DNA of 64,000 bases. Origin: the human T2T-CHM13v2.0 reference genome, Homo sapiens. The notes below the pieces were generated by a model, which worked only from the letters and a program-made list of their open reading frames with translations, was not told where the DNA came from and did no database searches. Positions 30,498 through 44,344 of this stretch are shown piece by piece (position 1 is the first letter of the stretch; each line of letters starts with the position of its first letter). A program made the position numbers and the translations under genes. The DNA lies in the NCBI RefSeq assembly GCF_009914755.1, contig NC_060934.1. The stretch is one strand, 5' to 3'.

Positions 30498-31012
30498 TTT
30501 ATTTATTTTTAATTTTTTTATTTTTATATATTTAGCAGGTACAAGTACAGTTTTGTTACACGGATATATTGTGTAGTGGGCAAGTCTAGGCTTTTAGTGT
30601 AACCATCCCCCGAATAGCGTGCATTATACCAGTTAGGTCATTTCTCATCCCTAACCTCCCTCCCACCTTTCCGAGTCTCCAGTGTCTATTATTCCACTTT
30701 ATGGGTCCATGCGTACACACTGTTTAGCTCCCACTTAGTATTTGACTTTCTGTTTCTGAGTTATTTCACTTAAGACAATGGCCTCCAGTTCCATCCATGT
30801 CACTGCAAGAGACATGATTTCATTCTTTTTAAGGGTTGGGTAGTATTCCCTGGTGTGCGTATATGTGTGCATGTGTAAGTAGATATATACACCCCACACA
30901 TTTTGTTTATCCAGTCATACATTGATGGACACTTAGGTTGATTCCATATCTTTGCTATTGTGAATAGTGCTGCAATAAATATACAAGTGCAAGTATCTTT
31001 TGTATGTAATAG
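30498..31012 (-). mobile_element. L1PB-like 3' end (5'-truncated)
   Basis: T-rich tail then GTACAAGTACAGTTTTGTTACACGGATATATTG...GGCCTCCAGTTCCATCCATG. Confidence 0.88.
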
Positions 31013-31884
31013 ACCTTATCTAAGTTTCATAGACAGTTGAGTACAATTATATTAATTAAGTTTTGAAGAATTGAGTCAACTTTAAAAGTAGAGAAGTGTT
31101 CTAAATACCAGTTAATCATGGATCTTAGTTCTTCTAGATTTTCTTTATAGTTTCTAGATCACCCTCCCCAGCTCCAAAGATTATAAAGCACTAAATGCTT
31201 TTATTTGTTTCAAATAAGAGCTTGTGAAATCCAAGTCCTGGAATTACATATCAAGGAATATGTATATTACCTGATCTTTACTGATGACTTTGGATTCTCA
31301 TGTCTTCTCATATCTGATAAGGCAGATAGCTGCCTCTCTGCCTTATCAGCTGTAACAATCTCACATGACTTTTGGGTAGCTTCATATTTAAAAACTTTTT
31401 TAAAAATCTTCAGTATGGCAACTTATGTACTATTTTTGTAAAAATATTGAATAACTGGAATAATAGAAATGGTTCACGCTTTGAACTAGCATAACAAAAA
31501 CTATGAGTATTCTGTTGACATTAGAGAAATGCCTAAAAACACATTCTCCTTGACATTTTGTTCCATCCCACTTGGACTCTCTCTTGAACAATATTATTCT
31601 ACAATCCAAATAACATGTTGCAAAACAATCGCAGAGTGACTCAAATCGCTAAACATCTTTTCTTCCTGTATAAAACTTGACAAAAGCTTTGATTAAAGTC
31701 TCATGCAGGTTGTGGATTCGGTTCCAAGCAGCGTGGTATGTGATGGCGTACTCAAAACTAGTCTGGCTCAACTGTACAGTTTTATAATTTGCCTGCAGGG
31801 AGATATTGAGAAAGTGGAACGTGTAACCAGGTCGCTCACTATTAATCTTTTAGCTGGGGAAAGAACAAATCCAACTTCTTTCTT

Positions 31885-32270
31885 GACATCTCCTCTTGGT
31901 TTTCTCAAAAACACCTCAGACTCAACACATCCAAAATTGAAACTTGCGATCTTGTCTCCCCATATCCTGGCACATTTCTACTGTTTCAGCAAAAGCCATT
32001 TCTGTCTAACTGGTTACGCAAACCAGTAACCTCAGAGTCATTCTCGATGACCTTCCTCTCCCTCGGATGCAGAACCAGTCTGTCACCCAGTCCTTTGGTC
32101 TCATCATTAAGAATCCTGAGCAGATGCCTCCTTCCCTTTTCTCCCCCATCCTGCCTGCCTACTCAAAGCCAACACCCCCTCTGCCTGCCCATGGCATTGG
32201 TCAGTGGCCTCCACTCTGCCCTCTCTCGCTCTTGTTTCCCACGTGGCACTTACTCAGAGTAATCTTTTCC
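31885..32270 (+). mobile_element. L2 fragment
   Basis: CACCTCAGACTCAACACATCCAAAATTGAAACT...AACCTCAGAGTCATTCTCGA. Confidence 0.6.
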
Positions 32271-32319
32271 CAGTGAAAAGAAAAACACAGAAGATGTTGC
32301 CATAATGAGTTTTACAATG

Positions 32320-32662
32320 CCACTTAGGACAAACCTGCCTCCTGTTCTGTTCACGGTTATCCCTCTGCTCAGCGAGATAAATGCATACCTGATTGCCTCC
32401 TTTGGAAAGGCTGATCAGAAACTCAAAAACATGCAACCATTTGTCTCTGAGTTGTCCTGCCTTTCCAGACTAAACTCGTGTTCATCTTACATATATTGAT
32501 TGATGTCTTGTGTCTCCCTAAAATGTGTAAAACCAAGCTGTGCCCTGACCCCACCTTGGGCACATGTCACCAGGACCTCCTAAGGCTGTGTCATGGGCAC
32601 ACATCCTTAACTTTGGCCAAATAAACTTCTTAAATTGACTGAAAAAAGATAAATAAATAAAA
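32320..32662 (+). mobile_element. MER4A-family ERV1 LTR, 5'-truncated, ending in an A-rich tail
   Basis: GAGATAAATGCATACCTGATTGCCTCCTTTGGAAAGGCTGATCAGAAACTCAAAA...ATTGATTGATGTC...CCACCTTGGGCACATGTC...AATAAACTTCTTAAATTGACTG then AAAAAAGATAAATAAATAAAA. Confidence 0.85.
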
Positions 32663-32748
32663 TGCATTAAAGAGACTACATTTAAGTGGTGAAAAAGTGC
32701 TTGCTTTTGTGCTTTTGACTTTGTTCCATTAAAGATGCAGGTGACCTA

Positions 32749-32941
32749 CAGGGAGGGAACATCACACACTGGGGCCTGTCACGAGGTGGGAGGCTAGGGG
32801 AGGGATAGCATTAGGAGAAATACCTAATGTAGATGACGGGTTGATGGGTGCAGCAAACCACCATGGCATATGTATACCTATGTAAGAAACCTGCATGTTA
32901 TGTACATGTACCCCAGAACTTGAAGTATATTAAAAAAAAAA
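32749..32941 (+). mobile_element. Short 5'-truncated L1PA 3' end
   Basis: GGGAGGGATAGCATTAGGAGAAATACCTAATGTAGATGACGGGTTGATGGGTGCAGCAAACCACCATGGC, A tail, TSD CAGGTGACCTA (32738-48 / 32950-60). Confidence 0.95.
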
Positions 32942-33418
32942 GATACATACAGGTGACCTATAAAGAGGTACATGGGAAACAAAAGTAAAAAATTAACCAT
33001 GAATACAAAAATGAGACAAGGGGAAAGAAATGTAAAAACTAAAAGGATTTTGAAGTCAACCTGGGCAATTTAGATTATATTTTAATTATTTTTATTTATA
33101 TCTATATTTACTGACCTTTTTTTGAACTTTTAATCTTTATAGTCTGCTGAAAAGCCAGAGAAATGACTTCTGGAATATTTGTACAAATAGTAAGTGTCAG
33201 CTAAAATGAGCTTCTACGTCATGTAATATTTTGAAAGAGAAGAATTGTAAGTGGATTGATCATCTTGGTTATATTCAAGTCACAATAAACAAAATATTCA
33301 AATAACAATAACTATTCAATTACGTATATAGTCAACCACCAATTTTATATTTATTTCAATATTCAAATTCTAGTACATAGTCAAGTAACAAAAGAGAAGG
33401 ATACATTTTTTAGAATGC

Positions 33419-33492
33419 ATGTATATATGTATATATGTGTGTGTATATATATGTATACATGTGTGTGTGTGTGTATATATATATATACACAC
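33419..33492. repeat. (TA)/(TG) compound microsatellite
   Basis: Directly visible. Confidence 0.9.
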
Positions 33493-33924
33493 AATAAGAC
33501 ACTTAAGAAAATGAATGTCCTATTATAAATTGAACTCTCAACTGGCTTTCAATTTATGTAATATATATAAAAATATAAAACAATAGTGCAAAAATTATTT
33601 AACAAACAATATAAAAATTGCATTGGGATAACTAGTTAAGTACTTAAAGAATTAGGCCCACACCTTGTGTCAAAACCAATTAGAGAGTTAAATGGAATAT
33701 ACTTGAGTAGAGAGTTGGATATAAAACAAATCATAATTAGAATAAATGTGTTGATTTATTAGAACGATGAAAAGGTTGAAAGGTCTTTCTTAGTTTTGAT
33801 GTAATAAAAATATTCACAAAGCAGCACATACTGTTATTTTAAAATAGTAAACTGCATTACAAGAAAATAAGTTGAAAAGGTATGTTGGGAAAATATTTGA
33901 AGCAAATATATAAATGAAGAATCA

Positions 33925-34375
<451 letters not shown>

Positions 34376-34820
34376 AGAAAACATGCAAAAAGTCTTGAAC
34401 ATATATTGAGATAAAGACTAAATTTTATTTGATACTTTCTAAGTTGTCAATATTGTTATATTTTCAATAAAATTAATAAAACAAATGTATGAAACATCCT
34501 GGTAGATATTAAAAGAGACTATTTTAGAATCTACAGGACTAGTAATACACAAAGTCCCTAAATTTTAACAGCATTCTAGATATACTGTTGTATTAAATTT
34601 GATCAAGAATAAATACAAAGTTCCCATTAACACATTTATTCAAGGTAAGGGGAAATAAAGGTGATTCATAGGAGTCCTGGGTAGGCCCAGGTAAGTTGGA
34701 GAATTTTGTGTTTAAGGGTAGGGTCACCCTGGCTGTTTACAGGGATCATGCTCACGACTATGGAAACAAGGAGAATGGTGAAAGAGACTCAACTCAAGAC
34801 AACATGGCAGAGTTTAAGAG

Positions 34821-35263
34821 TGCTGTGGCTTGGATGTAGTTCGTGCCTCCCAAAACTCATGTTGAAATTTGATTCCCAATGAGGTAACGTTGGGAGCTGG
34901 GGCCTAGTGGGTGGTGTTTGGTTCATGAGGACAGATTTCTTATGAATAGATTAATGCCCTTCCTCGGGGATGAGTGAGTTCTCACTGTCTTGGGAATAGG
35001 TTAGTTCCTGCAAGAGCAGGATGGTTAAGAAGAGTCTGGCTCCTCAATTTCTCTCTCTTGCTTTTCCTCTTGGCACATGATTTCTACACACACCTGATCC
35101 CCTTCCGGCTGCTGAGTGGAAGCAGCCTGAGGCCCTCACCAGATACAGCTGCCCAATTTTGGACTTTCCAACCACCAGAATCATGAGCCAAATAAACCTC
35201 TTTTCTTTATAAATAACCCAGCCTCAAGTATTCAGTTATAGCCATGGCAAATGGACTAAGACA
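34821..35263 (+). mobile_element. MSTB-type MaLR solo LTR
   Basis: TGCTGTGGCTTGGATG...CAAAACTCATGTTGAAATTTGAT...AATAAACCTCTTTTCTTTATAAAT...AATGGACTAAGACA. Confidence 0.88.
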
Positions 35264-36054
35264 GGGAACAACGAGAGCTTTGGTATCTGAGAGTGCTGAG
35301 TTGGAAACCTAGCTATGTCTCTTTACTCTTAGAACCCTGTTTCTTCCATCGTGCAACTGAGCTACCACTAACTGTAGTGCTGCATTGCTGGGGAGAACTA
35401 ATAATGCAATGTGGCAAGGAAGATGTTGCTGGCTTTTATTTAACAGCACTCAATCAATCAGGTGATGCCAGGCCTGCTTCTCCATAGTGCAGTGTCTTTG
35501 ATATTTACTGCAATGATGTTGGCTATAATTCTGTTACATGATAAAAGAGATTTCAAGAGTTTTAAAAACCCCATCAAAAAAAGAGTTCATTCTGGAACCA
35601 CAGATGTCTGGTTTCTTTGCTGAGATTCATATAGAGTAAGATCATTGAATTTAGCAATGGATTTCAGACATCAAATTCTACCTTTAAAAACATCATTTAA
35701 AAACTAAAATTAGAATCATCAACCGCTTCTCAACTACCATATGTCAGTGATTATGGGGATCCCTAAAGGATATGGCTTTTCCTAACGTGCAAAACAGTCT
35801 CTCATAAAAAAATTGATGCACATATTCAGGTGAAGCATAATACTGATTCTTGCCTGTGGCAGAAATTCTGTTAAGTACACCTAGCAATTTTGTTGGAGAG
35901 TTCTGATTTCATCTGTTAATTTCAAATTTCTGGACAGCTCTTTGAATTCTTTTGTCAACCTTATGTAGGAAGACTTGAGAGTTGTTAGGGCTCCATAGGG
36001 GAGTATCCTTAGAGAAGGATGGCTCCCTACCAAGCACACACAGATGTGGGGCAC

Positions 36055-36562
36055 TAGAGTAGGCTGAGTAATCGCCCCCCAAAGATGTCCATGTTCCAAT
36101 CTATGGAACCTATGAATATGTTACCTTATGTGGCAAATAAAATTTTGCAGATGTGATTAAGTTAAAGATCTTGAGCTAGGAAGATTATCCTGGATTAGCT
36201 GGGTGGGCACAGTGTAATCACAAGGGTTCTTTTGAGTAGAAGAGACAGATAGGAAAGTTGGAGTCAGAGAGGGAGATAGGACAACAGGTGCAGAGGTCAG
36301 AAGGAAATTGCAGTTGCTGTCTTTGAAGTTGTGGAGGGGCCATGAGCCAAGGAATACAGCAGCCGCTAACAGATGGAAAAGGCAAGAAAACAAACTCTTC
36401 CCTGAAGGCTCCAGAAGGAACACAGCCTTGGATTTTTTTTTTTTCCCCAGTAAGACTCATTTCGGACTCCCAGCCTGCAGAACTGTGAGATAATACATTT
36501 GTATTGTTTTATGCCACTGTATTTATGGTAATTTGTTAAAGCAGCAATAGCAAACACATACA
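36055..36562 (+). mobile_element. MLT1D MaLR solo LTR
   Basis: CCCCCAAAGATGTCCATG...GAATATGTTACCTTATGTGGC...GCAGCAATAGCAAACACATACA. Confidence 0.88.
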
Positions 36563-36667
36563 GGCACACAGTGTGTAGAAATGTCTTCTATGTGTCTTTT
36601 TTGTGTGTCCAGATGAACTAAGGTAGAACTGCTGTAAGGAAACCTGCAGCACTGTTGCCTGTGTTCA

Positions 36668-36977
36668 TTTTTTTGTTCTTATTCGAGACAGGGTCTCACT
36701 CCGTTGCACAGGCTGGAGTGTACTGGTGTAATCAGAGCTCACTGCAGCCTCTGTCCTTCCCTGGCCCAAGTGATCCTCCTACCTCAGGCTCTTGAGTGGC
36801 TGGGACTTACAGGCATGCACCATCATACCTGGCTAATTTATTTATTTTAATATTTTTTGTGAAGATAGGGTCTCACTATGTTTCCCACAGCTGGTCTTAA
36901 ACTCCTGGGCTCAAGCTATTCTCCTGCCTCAGCTTCCCAAAGTGTTGGAATTACAGGCAGGAGCCGTCACACCTGGT
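36668..36977 (-). mobile_element. AluJ
   Basis: Diverged antisense Alu; TSD TGTTCATTTTT. Confidence 0.9.
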
Positions 36978-37499
36978 CTCCTCCTGTTCATTTTTATTTT
37001 TGCCAACAGCATCACAAAATGTGTTTGGCCTTTTGAGTTAGCCACGTGATTACCTCTGCTCCACCAAGACACGAGAAGGTCAGCAGTCACTAGTCATTCT
37101 CCTCTCCAGCAAGGTATAGTCTAGTAATCAGAGATTCAGAGTCCTGGGTAGGTGAAGGTATGGGGTGGGAAGTGTTCCTATCTGTACAAGACCTTTCATT
37201 TATTTTTAATCTGACCTTGCTTTTAAATGTGCATAGTGCTTATATTAATCAGGAGTTGGGAAGCAATCGATGGGCATCAGTGGGTAGGTGCTGGGGAAGG
37301 AGTGAAGAAATAGCACTGAAGCACTGGAAATAAATGGTCAGAAAGGATTCTGTTGGCTCTTCTACTCCTGGAACCCGGAGAACAGCTCCAGGTCAAAAGG
37401 TGCAGTGACCCTCTTGATCTCCGAGAGGAAGAAACCTCAGATGAAAGACTGTGTGTCTACTGGGTTAAACACACCAATTCTCTATTCAGACTGCCTAGA

Positions 37500-37670
37500 A
37501 TTGAAGCCCACTACCCTTCCCCTGGCTCTGAGAGCTTACGCCAGTTAGGAACCTCTAGGCTCAGCTTTCCTGTGTGCTAAATTGGTACAAAAATATTATC
37601 TTGAAGGATGGTTACAATAATTAAATGTGAAGTGCTCAGCACATAACAAGCACTCTATAAATGTTTAACT
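37500..37670 (+). mobile_element. MIR
   Basis: AACCTCTAGGCTCAGCTTTCCTGTGTGCTAAATTGG...AAGTGCTCAGCACA. Confidence 0.55.
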
Positions 37671-37922
37671 AGTATTATATTAATAATATTATAACCTTAG
37701 GGAACTTCCAAATTTTGAGAGGAGGATAAGGCTCCTAGTTCTCTCTTTCTTTTAAAAAAAAACATTTTTACAATGTCTTCTCTACTTCCTCTGTTACATA
37801 AATGAGGTAAAGATAGGCTCTGTGTATTGGTCCCCAGGTTGTTTATTTCTTCAATGGGGGTTGAAATGCATTATCTCAGAAGCCTAATGGTACCAATCTC
37901 AAATGTTTACACACCCAGCTGT

Positions 37923-38259
37923 TATTTATTTATTTGTTTGTGTTTACAGTCAGGGTCTCACTCTGTCATACAGGCTGGAGTGCAGTGGTGCGATCATGGC
38001 TTACTACAGCCTCCAACTCCTGGGCTCAAGTGATCCTCCCGCCTCAGCCTCCTGAGTAGCTGGGAATACAGGCATGCACCACCAGGCCCGGCTAATTTTC
38101 AGGGTTTTTTAGTTTTGTTTTTTGTTTGTTTGTTTGTTTTGTAGAGACAGGGTTTCACTATTTTGCCCAGGCTGTTCTCGAACTCCTGGCCTCAGGCAGT
38201 CTTTCAACTTTGACCTCACTGAGTGCTGGAATTACAGGCATGAGCCACCAGACCCAGCC
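37923..38259 (-). mobile_element. AluJ
   Basis: Antisense Alu with (TTTG)n middle linker. Confidence 0.9.
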
Positions 38260-38279
38260 CATCCAGTTGTTTTAAACCT

Positions 38280-38680
38280 AGCCCGAATAAGTAGTTTTTT
38301 AAGCCCTTTTGCCTGCCTTGCATACCCCGTGAAACCTCATTTCCACCTGCTGACCGTAGGTAAGATGCAGCCTCGCAGTTGTAAGGCATAATCTGCTGGG
38401 GCCTTCAGAGCTCTCTGACCCAGAGACTGCCACCCTACTGCTGAATGACATCACCTCGACACGTGAGACCCGTCTGCTATCTCCTCTCCTGGGAATTCCC
38501 TGGCCCTTCTCCCCTTCTAAGTAGCAACCTCTGTGTGCCATAGCCTCTGCACAGAATCCTGCTGTGAGGGGCTTCCTCCCATGCAGAGTTGTCATAATTA
38601 CCCAGTAAAGCTGTGTGTGCTTTAGCCACCTCCTAGACATCGTATCTTTTTCCTTGATCAGTCCCCAAATCCCTCAGGAT
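38280..38680 (+). mobile_element. MER74-like ERVL LTR (partial)
   Basis: CAGTAAAGCTGTGTGTGCT...TATCTTTTTCCTTGATCAGTCCCCAAATCCCT resembles the MER74 3' end. Confidence 0.6.
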
Positions 38681-38962
38681 CTTCTTCTTGTCCAACTAAC
38701 ACCAATTCCCAATAAAGGACCATTCAAACATATTTTTACTTCTCCGCTTCATCATAAGCCAAAATAGAACCAAGAGACAGAATAGTCAATGTGTTAGTTT
38801 TCTTTAGAGTTGCCCAGTAGGGGGTATGAAGTGCCGGCTGGATATAGGAAGATTGTCAGGGTTGCCAAATATCCCAAATGATTATATTCTTTCCATCATC
38901 TCTTAAAAAAAAAATCATACTGTGATTTTAGGCACATCTGTAGGTACTTTGCAAAATAACTT

Positions 38963-39461
38963 TGTCTAAGTCCATTCAGGCTGCTGTAATGAAATAGCAT
39001 CAATTGGGTGGCTTATCAAAAATGCATTTATTTCTCACAGTTCTGAAGCTGGGAAGTCGAAGGTTGAGGCAGATTTGGTGTCTGGTGACAAACTCTCCCC
39101 CTCTGAGTTTCCATAAATTTTAGATCTTTTACTCCATTACCTTCAAAGTATCTGTGAGGACCACCTTTTCTGGGGTAAAGGAAACCATGATTTCATTCTG
39201 AATGCTAATGCATATGACATAGAGTACCTCTGATGATGTTACAGTAACACACAGCTTCCCCTGTTTCATAAATGGTACCTTCTTACTGTGTTCTAATATG
39301 GTGGAAGGGGCAGTGGATCTCTCTGGGACCTCTTTGATAATGGTGCTTAATCCCAATCATGACCTAATCACCTCCCAAAGGCCTCTCCTAATTCCATCAC
39401 ATTGGTGATTAGGTTGCAACATATGAATTTTGAGGGAAATGCAAAGATTCAGACCACAGTA
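38963..39461 (-). mobile_element. MLT1A/MSTD-like MaLR LTR carrying a ~160-bp insertion
   Basis: AGTCCATTCAGGCTGCTGTAA...TTTATTTCTCACAGTTCTG; CATGACCTAATCACCTCCCAAAGGCC...ATTCAGACCACAGTA. Confidence 0.8.
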
Positions 39462-40079
39462 CCTACCAAACTAGAAAAGAGAAATTGAAATCCACAAACT
39501 TTAGCCTTCAAATTCAGTAGAAAAGCCCCACTTTTCCAAGCTAATTGAGCTGATGTTAGGACCCAAATGAACTGTTCTTTATGAGGAAGTAGAGAACATA
39601 CTGCTTGTGTCAAACATAATGAGTTGGATCTTTCAAAAATTAAAAATTCGTATTTCAATTAATTTACCTTTGGTGAGTGTCTGATTCATAAGTAAGAATA
39701 ATGGAATACTTCTGTGGTCTAATAATTAAAAAGTAATTGGGCAAATACATTTTTTGAAGTATTTTGTCATAAATCATATGAATCTCCCCAAGTTCTACTA
39801 TTTCTGATCTTAAATTTGAGAAGAACTTTTTCTGTTGTATCTGTCATTCTTATAGTGTTCTCAACTAAATCCAATAGGAAAAGAAAAATTGAGATTTTCC
39901 TCATTCATTTCTTTGTCACTATGTAGCTCATAGCTAATTCAATATTAGGAGAAGTGAGCTTCTTTTAAACATATCTTAAAAGAGAATGTCTATGATCTCA
40001 TTGGACATATCCGATATCACTCTCTGAGAAGTCTTCCTCTTGTTCTGTCCTGTAATTTTATATCTTTGTAACCAACATC

Positions 40080-41870
40080 GTTTGATAGCCCATCACCTCC
40101 TCTCCTCAGATCCTCATTTCCTTCCTTATCTGAGTTCCCGTGATGGAGACAGACTTTCTCAACTCTCTGTTCCTCTCTCCCTCTGTCTTATTTTCCTGGG
40201 AAATGTGACATCAGCCTAAACCTGACTCTCATTCACTCTGCCCTTGAATTTCAGCAGACACACATAGTGGGGGAAAAAGACCACTCTGGGCACTGTTTTA
40301 CTGGAAGTTCATGACCACAAATATCCACCTGCACTCAATTCTACCTGTTGATTCTGTTTTCCTGGCCAGTCCACTCACCTACTCCTGAGAGGTCTCTTTC
40401 ACACCTTCCTTGTACTTAAATCTGCAACAGTTTCTCCCATCTCCTCATTCTCGGTTAATGATCTTTCTCCTAATTTCATCTGAGAAAATAGCAACTCTCT
40501 AAAAAGACCTTCCCACTACTGCTACCATTAAATCCACCCACTGGTACCCAAATCTTCTGCTTCCTTCCTGCGACAGTGGGTGAACCAACTAAGAGTCTAT
40601 CTGAGCCAACCACTCTGCTTATGCATGGGGTTCCAGCCCCTTGGCCCAACCAAGGACTTTGCTCCTACAATTATCTGTGATCTCTGTTGAAGTGTCTTTT
40701 GTTTTTCCTTTCTTACCTGTAATACCTCCTATTCCAAGAAAAAAAAATGTCTTATTCCTGCATCTCTTTGCAGCTTTGTTTTCATTTTTCTACTCTCTGC
40801 TTAAGAAAATCTCCTTGAAAAATGTGTGTCCACCCACTGTATCAAATTGTTCACCTCGCTCTCTTTATTGAACTCATTTCAGACTCTTGACTCTGTCCCC
40901 CCAATGACTTCACTTGAGATGCTATCATCAGTGGCCTCTACCTGACCAGATCTGATGGTCAGTTCTCAGTCTTCATCTTACTTGACCTCACCTCTAATGG
41001 GCGAGATGCTCCAGGAATCAGTTTTCAGCTCCTCTTTCTTGGGAAATTTCTCAAGGGAATTTCACAAAAGCTTGTGGTTCTCAAGACCATCTATATGCCA
41101 CCTTCCTAGTTTATTTCTCTACTCACACCTCCCTTCTGGACCCTGGGATTATATATGAAATTGCCTACCTGACTGCTCCACATCGATGTCCTACAGACGT
41201 CTCAAAATTAATATCCCTGCAAAAGTATTTTTTGTTTTCTCCTCTGATCCTGCTCCTCCCTAAATATTTTTCTTCTCAGGAAATGGAGCAATCATGTGAA
41301 TGGTTGCTCAGCCCCATCTCCCCCCTTCCAGCTTCCAACTGGACTCATTCTTGGATTCTTTCTCTCCAATAAGACATCAATCTATAGGTCAATTCTGTCA
41401 CACTGGACTTCAAAATATATCCAGAATCCTACCACTTCTCAAGGTGTCCTCGCACGAACACTTTAGACCAAGCCCTTCTCTCTTATCTGAACTATTGCAA
41501 TAGTCTAAAAACTCATCTCTGTGTTTCCTCATTAGCTCTTGGCAGTCTCCACACAGCAGGCAGAATACTACTTCTGAGATATAAATCAAGCTAGGTGTCC
41601 TTTTCAAAGTCCTCCAGTGGCTTTCCTCCCAATTAGAAGAAAATGCAGTCCTTGTTGTAACTTTGTGAACCTATATGATCTGGCCACTCAACGGGCTTCA
41701 TCCATAGGCAACTTCTTACTGTCCTTTCTGTGGGCAAAGTGTGTTCCTGCCTCAGGGCATTTGCCTGGACTTTTCTTCTGCCATGTTGTCTGACTCCTTC
41801 ACTTTATTCACTTTGTTCTGCTCAAAACTCATCTTTCTAAGAGGTCAAGGAGGTCTGCCTATTGTCAATT
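40080..41870 (+). mobile_element. Long L2 fragment
   Basis: ATGGTCAGTTCTCAGTCTTCATCTTACTTGACCTC; CAAAATATATCCAGAATCCTACCACTTCTCA; TTCCTGCCTCAGGGCATTTGC. Confidence 0.75.
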
Positions 41871-42574
41871 TTATCTCTCTCTTTTTTTTTTTTTGAAAGT
41901 TGTCCATTCTAAATGTAGAGGGTGCCTAAGCTAGCAATGACTATGGACGAATGTCTTTTATTTTTGGAAAATTAAATATTTAAGATTTAGGATATCTAGA
42001 TACTTACGACCACTGTACAGCCTAGTGGTAGAATCAAGACCATCGCAAACTGATTTTGAATGAAACAAGATCCATCTTTGGCTTCCTCCATTTCCGTTTC
42101 CCCATCTCTACTTTCTTAAGCCCTCATCCAGTTATCCAATACTGTGCAGGTTTATGCTCCAACTCCCTCCCAGGTCTGCTCTTACTCCTGAAGTGTCCAT
42201 GCACCAAAGCTATCTACATCATCTTCTCCCCAGTCTCTGGAACTTCTCATTGGTAGTTAGGTGTTGGGAGGAAAAGCCGTTTGCTTTAACTACAGCTGCA
42301 AGCTGAGGTGGATGGCCTTCCCTTAAGTGTCTTCATCTTTTATTACTTCCAGCTTTGTTGGTAAATGATATGCATCTGTGTTGAGTAGTCTTAAGGTCAT
42401 TGCCCTCAAATATTTATCTGAAGCTCATTGATGAGAAACAACACTCAGTGGGATTGTTTAATAGACACAGAATTCATTCAGTGTCTAAAACTCCGGTTGG
42501 GAGCTAGATTTTTACAGTTCAGCAAATCTGGGTTCAAATCCTATTTCTGCTGCATATGAATTTTGTAGCCTTAA

Positions 42575-42894
<320 letters not shown>

Positions 42895-42930
42895 TCAACT
42901 CTTAAGTCTGTTTCCTCATTTGTAACCCAC

Positions 42931-43312
42931 TGTATTAGTCCGTTCTCACACTGCTCTAAAGAACTACCTGAGACTGGGTAACTTATGAAGAAAAGAGGTT
43001 TAATTGACTCAGTTCCACAGGCTATACAGGAGGCATGGCTGAGAAGCCATCAGAAAACTTATAATCATGGCAGACAGGTGAAGGGGAAGCAACCACATCT
43101 TACCATGGTGGAAAAGGGGACAGAGAGCGCGAAGAGGGAAGTGCTACATGCTTTTAAACCATCAGATCTCGTGAGAACTCACTATCACAAGAAACAGCAA
43201 GGGGGAAATCTGCCCCCATGATCCAGTCACCTCCCACCAAGTCCCTCCCCCAACACTGGGTGTTACAATTCAACATGAGACTTGAGTGGGGACACAGAGC
43301 CAAACCATATCA
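42931..43312 (-). mobile_element. MSTA/THE1D-like MaLR solo LTR
   Basis: TGTATTAGTCCGTTCTCACACTGCT...GACACAGAGCCAAACCATATCA; TSD CCCAC/CCCAG. Confidence 0.9.
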
Positions 43313-44344
43313 CCCAGGGATAAAGAGTAATAGTCTTCTTCATAATTGATATGAGGATTAAAGGAATAATGCTCACTGGGTGCCTGTATCAGTAAATAAA
43401 TGCTAATGTTTTTTGTCATTGTTTTTATTACTATTCTTGGGTCAAGCCAAATCTATAAGGAGTTAATTATCTTATCTAACCTATTGTCCTTTCTCTCTGC
43501 CCAGATTATTTTACTGAATGTTGCTATGGTGGGAAACCTTTAGCTTCCCCTGACCGTCAGTCTAAGAAGCAGCTTTTCAGAACCCACTGGGGCATTTACC
43601 GGAAGGAATGCTGTTCATAAGTTTACACAATGTTCCTTTTTATGGGGCCTCCAGGAGAAATCGGTGTCTGGTGTTAGTGCCAAACAGAGTCGTTCTTTTG
43701 AGCATTTGGTTTATTTTAAGCTTATGGATGGTAAATTACATAACCGACCGAGTTTCACTTTTTGAGTTGGCTGCTCGAAAGCTTACAGCCAGATCTATGG
43801 CTCATAGTAAGAAGTACTTCCATTATTATGGGATGCATTTCGAGCCTTGTTTCTGCATTTTGTATTGCCATCTTTGCTTTGCTTTTTTTCTTTTAATCCC
43901 TCTTTTATGTTATTTAAGTGTCCTTTTAAAATTTATCCTTGTAAATTGCCTTAAATTATTTCTGAAACAAGGTGAGGAATAGATAGATACATAGCTGTAG
44001 GTAGATGAAATATGGTTTTAAATAATTTGTCATAGTGCTTATATTTAAGAGAGGTTTAATTTTTATAAGAAGATACTTGTGGCATAAAATGAATTTTCCA
44101 ATTGGTAAAATTTCAGACTTTGCAAGAAAGCGCAAGGAAAAAGTATAAGGTGGGAATGTTTTTGCAGAAAGGTGATTTGGGAAACTGCTGGAAGGGGAAC
44201 CTCTGAAAGGTAGGCAGGTAGGCAGATGATGGCTCGGGTGGAAAAGTGCCTGTTGTATGACTGGATTGGTTAATTAACCATTATGTGATCCTCCAAGGTC
44301 AGCTTATAAAATTAATTTTCACCTTTCAAAGAGAAGGTAGGAAG

